Assembly (NCBI GenBank): GCA_963719495.1
Contig: CAVRCI010000001.1
Span: forward strand, 96,001 to 160,000
Reading direction: 5' to 3'
Source of the DNA: an uncultured Verrucomicrobiae bacterium
Lineage (GTDB): Bacteria; Verrucomicrobiota; Verrucomicrobiia; Chthoniobacterales; JAATET01
Length of the DNA: 64,000 nt
Every line of letters begins with the position of its first letter. Position 1 is the first letter of the stretch. Positions 59,065 to 64,000 of this stretch are shown piece by piece. Position numbers and translations under genes: made by a program. The notes beneath the pieces were generated by a model, which had not been told where the DNA came from, searched no databases, and saw only the letters and a list, made by a program, of their open reading frames with translations.

Positions 59065-60753
59065 ATGAAATTCGTCGCCACCCTCGTCACCTACGCCGTC
59101 CACAATCGCAGCGGCCGCCGCAATCTCCTGCAACTCGGCCGATTCCTCGCGCTCTTTCTCGCTCTCGTCCTCGCCTTCAGCGTCCTCTTCCACTTCATCA
59201 TGGCCTCGGAAGGCCAACGCTACTCCTGGGTCACGGGCCTCTATTGGACCCTCACCGTCATGTCCACGCTCGGATTCGGCGACATCACGTTCACCTCCGA
59301 TCTCGGCCGCTTCTTCTCCATCGTCGTCCTGCTCTCGGGCATGATTTTTCTCCTCGTCCTCCTCCCATTCACCTTCATCGAGTTCTTCTACGCCCCGTGG
59401 ATGAAGCTCCAGGAATCGCAGCGCGCTCCGCGCAAACTTCCCACCTCGCTTTCCGGCCACGTCCTCCTCTGCCACCACGACCCCGTCACCGAAGCGCTCA
59501 TCCCGCGCCTCGAACAATTCCAGTTCCCCTACGCCCTCATCGTCCCGAATCTCGAGGAAGCCCTCCGCCTCCACGACGAACGCGTCCACGTCGTCGTCGG
59601 CGACCTCGACGATCCCGAGACCTACCGCGCCTGCGGCGTCGAGCGCGCCGCCCTTGTCGCCTCCACCGCAACCGACCCGGTCAACGTCAACGTCGCCTTC
59701 ACCGTCCGCGAACTCTCCGCCTCCGTCCCGATCCTCACCACCGCAAACAGCGCCGAAGCCGTCGACATCCTCGAGCTCGCCGGCAGCACCAACGTCCTCC
59801 GCCTCGGCGAAATGATGGGCCAGTCCCTCGCCCGCCGCATCACCGGCGGAGATGCCCTCTCCCACGTCATCGGCACCTTCGACGACCTCCTCATCGCCGA
59901 GGCCACCGTCGCCGGCACCCCGCTCGTCGGCAAATCCATCGCCGACTGCAAACTTCGCGAGACCCTCGGCGTCACCATCGCCGGCGTCTGGGAGCGAGGC
60001 ACCTTCGTCACGCCGAAACCCGAGACCGTCATCGCGGCGAACACCGTCCTCATCCTCGCCGGCTCCCGCGAGCAATTCCAAAAATACGACGAGCTCTTCT
60101 GCATCTATCACAACACCGAAGCCCCCGTCGTCATCATCGGAGGCGGACGCTCCGGCCGCGCCACCGGAGCCGCCCTCGCCCGCCGCGGAGCCGACTACCG
60201 CATCGTCGAATCTCTCGCCGCCCGCATCCGCGACCCCGCCAAATACATCCACGGCGACGCCGCCTCCCTCGACGTCCTCACCCGCGCCGGCATCATGGAC
60301 GCCCCCGCCGTCGTCATTACCCCCCACGAGGACGACATCAACACCTACCTCACCATCTACTGCCGCCGCCTCCGCCCCGACATCCAGATCATCACCCGCG
60401 CCACCTTCGAGCGAAACATCTCGACCATCCACCGCGCCGGAGCCGACTTCGTCATGTCCTACGCCTCCATGGGCGCCAACAGCATTCTCAACGTCCTCAA
60501 AAACGCCGACGTCCTCATGCTCGCCGAAGGCCTCGACGTCTTCCGAGTCCCCGTCCCCCGCGCCCTCGCGGGCAGAAACCTCGCCAACTCCGGCATCCGC
60601 GAACGCACCAACTGCAGCGTCATCGCCCTCACCGACGCCGAAGGCAAACACATCAACCCCTCCCCCGAATCCAACCTCACCGAAGGCGACCAACTCGTCA
60701 TCATCGGCGACGTCGAATCCGAGAGAAAATTCCTAGCCCACTACAGCAGCTAG
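59065..60753 (+). CDS. Potassium channel protein with tandem TrkA/RCK domains
   Basis: TVMSTLGFGD pore motif, two TrkA-N/TrkA-C pairs. Confidence 0.9.
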   Translation: MKFVATLVTYAVHNRSGRRNLLQLGRFLALFLALVLAFSVLFHFIMASEGQRYSWVTGLYWTLTVMSTLGFGDITFTSDLGRFFSIVVLLSGMIFLLVLLPFTFIEFFYAPWMKLQESQRAPRKLPTSLSGHVLLCHHDPVTEALIPRLEQFQFPYALIVPNLEEALRLHDERVHVVVGDLDDPETYRACGVERAALVASTATDPVNVNVAFTVRELSASVPILTTANSAEAVDILELAGSTNVLRLGEMMGQSLARRITGGDALSHVIGTFDDLLIAEATVAGTPLVGKSIADCKLRETLGVTIAGVWERGTFVTPKPETVIAANTVLILAGSREQFQKYDELFCIYHNTEAPVVIIGGGRSGRATGAALARRGADYRIVESLAARIRDPAKYIHGDAASLDVLTRAGIMDAPAVVITPHEDDINTYLTIYCRRLRPDIQIITRATFERNISTIHRAGADFVMSYASMGANSILNVLKNADVLMLAEGLDVFRVPVPRALAGRNLANSGIRERTNCSVIALTDAEGKHINPSPESNLTEGDQLVIIGDVESERKFLAHYSS

Positions 60754-60901
60754 CCGACCAAGCCAACAAGCGCCCCCCGAACCAGCCCACCTAAACCCAA
60801 TTCCAAAACCTGTCATGCTGAGCAAAGCGAAGCATCTCTGGCTTCCACTCTTCAGGACGAGCCACCAGCCAGCCACCTCCCACCAGCGACCCCACCCCAC
60901 G

Positions 60902-61489
60902 TCACCCCCCACCAGCCCGACGAATCAGCACCAGATTCCGCACGTAGATCCCCCACCCCGTCGCCTGCCCCAACACGCCCACGATGTCCCGCCGCCAGAT
61001 GAAGTAAACCAGCAACATCGTCGCTCCAATCAGACTCATCCACCAGAACGACACCGGCACCACCGAACGCTTCGACTTCTCGCTCGCCGCCCACTGCACC
61101 AGCATCCGCCCGGTGAAAAGCACCTGCCCCAGCAGACCTAGCGACACCCAGATGAACCCCGCCGGACTCGTGATGTTGAACAAGGCATCCGACCATCCCC
61201 GCCGCGTCCGGCTCTCGAACAAAAACCTCGAGAACTCATCCGCCGTCAGCAGCCGATCCGTCCCCGCCCCGACCCGCCGCAGCACGTAACCCACCGACCC
61301 ATCCGGCAGTTCCACCACCTGCACCCGGTCCCGCGCCCCCGGCAACCCCACCTTGATTTCCCCCCGAGGCCCCGCCATCGGCACATCCTCAGCCGATCGC
61401 CCGAGGGTATCCAGCGGCCCAGCCACGTCCCCGCAACCCGCGAGCAGGACCACCAAAACAAAACCAACGGCGTACCGGATCAACTGCAT
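60902..61489 (-). CDS. Lipid A biosynthesis N-terminal (LAB_N) domain protein
   Basis: GLLGQVLFTGRMLVQW.ASEK..SVVP..FWWMSL motif; lipobox-like LAGC. Confidence 0.82.
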   Translation of the reverse strand: MQLIRYAVGFVLVVLLAGCGDVAGPLDTLGRSAEDVPMAGPRGEIKVGLPGARDRVQVVELPDGSVGYVLRRVGAGTDRLLTADEFSRFLFESRTRRGWSDALFNITSPAGFIWVSLGLLGQVLFTGRMLVQWAASEKSKRSVVPVSFWWMSLIGATMLLVYFIWRRDIVGVLGQATGWGIYVRNLVLIRRAGGG

Positions 61490-61537
61490 CCGGCAATTAA
61501 CAATCCAAAATCTAAAATCAGAAATCTAAAATCCAGA

Positions 61538-62050
61538 TCACCGCACGCCGCTCAGCGTCTCGCTCGGTTCCGGCGTCGGACTCCGATCCGGCGCGGGCAC
61601 CGGCGCATCCGGCGGCTCCACCGGTCGGTTCCCCCCATTGTCGCCGCCCTCCTTCCGGTGCGGATCGCACAGATGATCGAACGCGATGAAGTAGGACTTC
61701 GAATGCCGCGCGAACAAAATGTTGAACAACATCACCGGAATAAGAACTCCCGCCAATTCCGTCCCCAGCGAGAAGTCGAAATTAAACTCCATCACCAGAT
61801 AAATCACGATCCCCAGGAAGCTCCCCGCCCCGTAATTGATCGCCCAGATCGACATGAGAAAATACCCCGGCTCCCGGTCATACGCGTAGCCGCACCGCGG
61901 ACACCCGTCCAAAGGCGCAAAATAGTCCGAGAGCCGACGGATTTTCAACAACCGTGGGAACATCGGCGTAATCCCGCAGACCGGACACCGAAGCACGGTC
62001 GCCCGCCAGAAATAAGCCGCCGCTTTCGCGAGGAAGTTTCGTTTACTCAC
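61538..62050 (-). CDS. DUF983-like zinc-ribbon membrane protein
   Basis: CPVCG..CPRCG..REPGYF followed by two TM segments. Confidence 0.7.
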   Translation of the reverse strand: MSKRNFLAKAAAYFWRATVLRCPVCGITPMFPRLLKIRRLSDYFAPLDGCPRCGYAYDREPGYFLMSIWAINYGAGSFLGIVIYLVMEFNFDFSLGTELAGVLIPVMLFNILFARHSKSYFIAFDHLCDPHRKEGGDNGGNRPVEPPDAPVPAPDRSPTPEPSETLSGVR

Positions 62051-62192
62051 CAGCCTGAACTATCCACCCACCACCCCGTTCGTCAAACCCCCTAAATTTC
62101 CGCTTGTGCCCACCGCTCGGAGGTTCCAACGTGATCAATTCGCGACACCTCACCCGACCCCACCGTCAATTGCTTAAAAAGTAACAGCCTCA

Positions 62193-62963
62193 ATGGCGCC
62201 CGCCGCTCCCATCGCCCAAGACCTGCCCGCCTCCGGAGACCCCGTTTCTCCGCGACCACCCTTCGCGAACCCACCCCGCCACGTCGCCGTCATCATGGAC
62301 GGCAACGGGCGCTGGGCCCACCAACGCGGCCTCCCCCGCATCAGCGGTCACAACCAAGGCTCGCAAGCCGTCGGCGAGTGCGTCGAAGGCTGCCGCGACG
62401 CCGGCATCGAGTTCCTCACCCTCTACGCCTTCTCGTCGGAAAATTGGAAACGCCCGCGCGCCGAAGTCAGCGCCCTCATGCTCCTCCTCGACCGGTTTCT
62501 CGAAGAAAAAACCACCGAGATGGTCGAAAAAAACGTCCGCCTCGCCGCCATCGGCCGCCTCGACGACCTCCCGCCCTCCTGCCAAAAGCGCCTCCAACGG
62601 GCCATCGAAGTCACCGCCGACAATACCCGCCTCACCCTCACCCTCGCCCTCAGCTACAGCGGCCGGGCCGAGATCGTCGACGCCGTCCGTTCCCTCGTCC
62701 GCGACGCCGCCGCCGGAGAAATCAACGAAGCCGACATCACCCCCGAACTCATCGGCCAGCGTCTCTACACCCACGACCTCCCCGATCCCGACCTCCTCAT
62801 CCGCACCTCCGGCGAACTCCGCCTCTCCAATTTCCTCCTCTGGCAGCTCAGCTACACCGAAATCCACGTCACCAAAAAACTCTGGCCCGACTTCACCAAA
62901 GCCGACCTCTTCGCCGCCATCGCCGACTACTCCCAAAGAAACCGCCGCTACGGCGCAATCTGA
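62193..62963 (+). CDS. uppS: Undecaprenyl/isoprenyl diphosphate synthase
   Basis: HVAVIMDGNGRWA, YAFSSENWKRP and IRTSGELRLSNFLLWQ motifs. Confidence 0.96.
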   Translation: MAPAAPIAQDLPASGDPVSPRPPFANPPRHVAVIMDGNGRWAHQRGLPRISGHNQGSQAVGECVEGCRDAGIEFLTLYAFSSENWKRPRAEVSALMLLLDRFLEEKTTEMVEKNVRLAAIGRLDDLPPSCQKRLQRAIEVTADNTRLTLTLALSYSGRAEIVDAVRSLVRDAAAGEINEADITPELIGQRLYTHDLPDPDLLIRTSGELRLSNFLLWQLSYTEIHVTKKLWPDFTKADLFAAIADYSQRNRRYGAI

Positions 62964-63074
62964 CTTTCGGACCTTCCGACTTATGTTGACTCGCTCGCTC
63001 CCGCTCGTCTCGCCCTTCGGGCTGCATCGCAGAGCTAACCCAGTCTGCCCCGAGGCTTCCCAGCCTCCGGTGCT

Positions 63075-63120
63075 CCGACTTTCTGACTTTCTGACTTTCT
63101 GACTTTCTGACTTTCCGACC
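63075..63120. repeat. Octamer array (CTGACTTT)n
   Basis: About 5-6 units; further degenerate units at 62960-62982. Confidence 0.9.
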
Positions 63121-63128
63121 CCATCCCC

Positions 63129-64000
63129 ATGCCCGCCAAAAGCACCATCCTCATCGCCGACCGCGACTCCGACTTCCTCGCCTGGACCAAGACCCAGCTC
63201 GAGAACGACACCGTCCGCGTCCTCACCGCCACCGCCTCCGACGTCGCCTTCAAGACCGTCCAGATGGAAGCCCCCGATCTTGTCCTCGCCGAGATGCACC
63301 TCCATCCCTCCAGCGGCCTCGAACTCCTCGCCCGCATCCGCAAGGACAACCCCAACGCGATGGTCATCATCACCAGCGCCCTCGGCACCACCCAGGGCGT
63401 CATCGAATCGATGAAACTCGGAGCCTTCGACTTCGTCCGCAAGGAGCAGCTCCCCTTCACCCTCAAGATGGTCGTCGACGCCGCGCTCAAGGAGCAAGCC
63501 GACCTCCAGGCCTCCACCCCCTTCAAGCCCCAGCTCACCGTCGAGGAGCACAAGGAAGACATCGTCGGCCAATCCGACGCCATGCAGCAGGTCTTCAAAA
63601 TGATCGGCCGCGTCGCCGGCTCCGACGCCCCCGTCATGATCACCGGCGAATCCGGCTCCGGCAAAGAACTCGTCGCCCGAGCCATCCACCACTACAGCGC
63701 CCGCAGCAGCCGCGCGTTTCTCGCCATCAACTGCGCCGCCATCCCCGAGAACCTCCTCGAATCCGAGCTCTTCGGCCACGAACGCGGTGCCTTCACCGGA
63801 GCCCATTCCCAGCGCATCGGCCGCTTCGAACAAGCCGACAAGGGCACCCTCTTTCTGGACGAAATCGGCGAAATGCCCCTCACCGTCCAATCCAAGCTCC
63901 TGCGCGTCCTCCAGGAAGGCGAATTCTCCCGCGTCGGCGGCAACGAAACCATCCACACCAACGTCCGCATTGTCTGCGCCACCAACAAAAAGCTCGAGGA
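63129..64000 (+). CDS. Sigma54-dependent response regulator (NtrC family), runs off window
   Basis: Manual translation: receiver domain, then [33 protein letters not shown] and LFLDEIGE. Confidence 0.92.
   Translation, partial: MPAKSTILIADRDSDFLAWTKTQLENDTVRVLTATASDVAFKTVQMEAPDLVLAEMHLHPSSGLELLARIRKDNPNAMVIITSALGTTQGVIESMKLGAFDFVRKEQLPFTLKMVVDAALKEQADLQASTPFKPQLTVEEHKEDIVGQSDAMQQVFKMIGRVAGSDAPVMITGESGSGKELVARAIHHYSARSSRAFLAINCAAIPENLLESELFGHERGAFTGAHSQRIGRFEQADKGTLFLDEIGEMPLTVQSKLLRVLQEGEFSRVGGNETIHTNVRIVCATNKKLE

Noticed and set aside
57589..60693. 1034-aa ORF suggesting a giant cysteine desulfurase fusion
   Set aside because: The N-terminal part is antisense to the K+ channel and runs through repeats. 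The real protein starts near 58773.
62190..63956. 588-aa minus-strand ORF
   Set aside because: It is an antisense shadow of uppS and the sigma54 regulator.

Overview
High-GC bacterial chromosomal window. The gene content, PEP-CTERM-like tail and DUF1800/DUF1501 pair suggest Verrucomicrobiota/PVC (inference). It is mostly housekeeping and envelope genes: DinG-like helicase (partial), LptF/G, DusB, IF3 with an ATT start, Hsp33, sdhCAB, dnaE, RNase P RNA, a Cus-type RND system, tRNA-Ser(GCT), thrB, lpxK plus a PAP2/GT-C/GT2 lipid-modification set, ilvNC, sodC, a cysteine desulfurase, uppS and a partial sigma54 response regulator. I found no integrase, transposase or CRISPR array. The most striking unexplained structure is in the spacers, which hold many short 7-, 8- and 9-nt tandem arrays and several dispersed palindrome families. 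The key example is a decayed four-helix-bundle (23S-IVS/Avd-like) gene between sdhA and sdhB. It is bracketed by inverted heptamer arrays and an ATG direct repeat, and a gene-less copy of the same cassette lies at about 2.9 kb. Several repeats appear to supply start/stop codons or to be translated as part of proteins. Other points are a stop-less thrB at a C7 tract, an anti-sigma-like/PAS fusion, a candidate structured RNA upstream of infC and an uncharacterised ABC/OB-fold/secreted-protein operon. All calls were made by eye, with no database searches.
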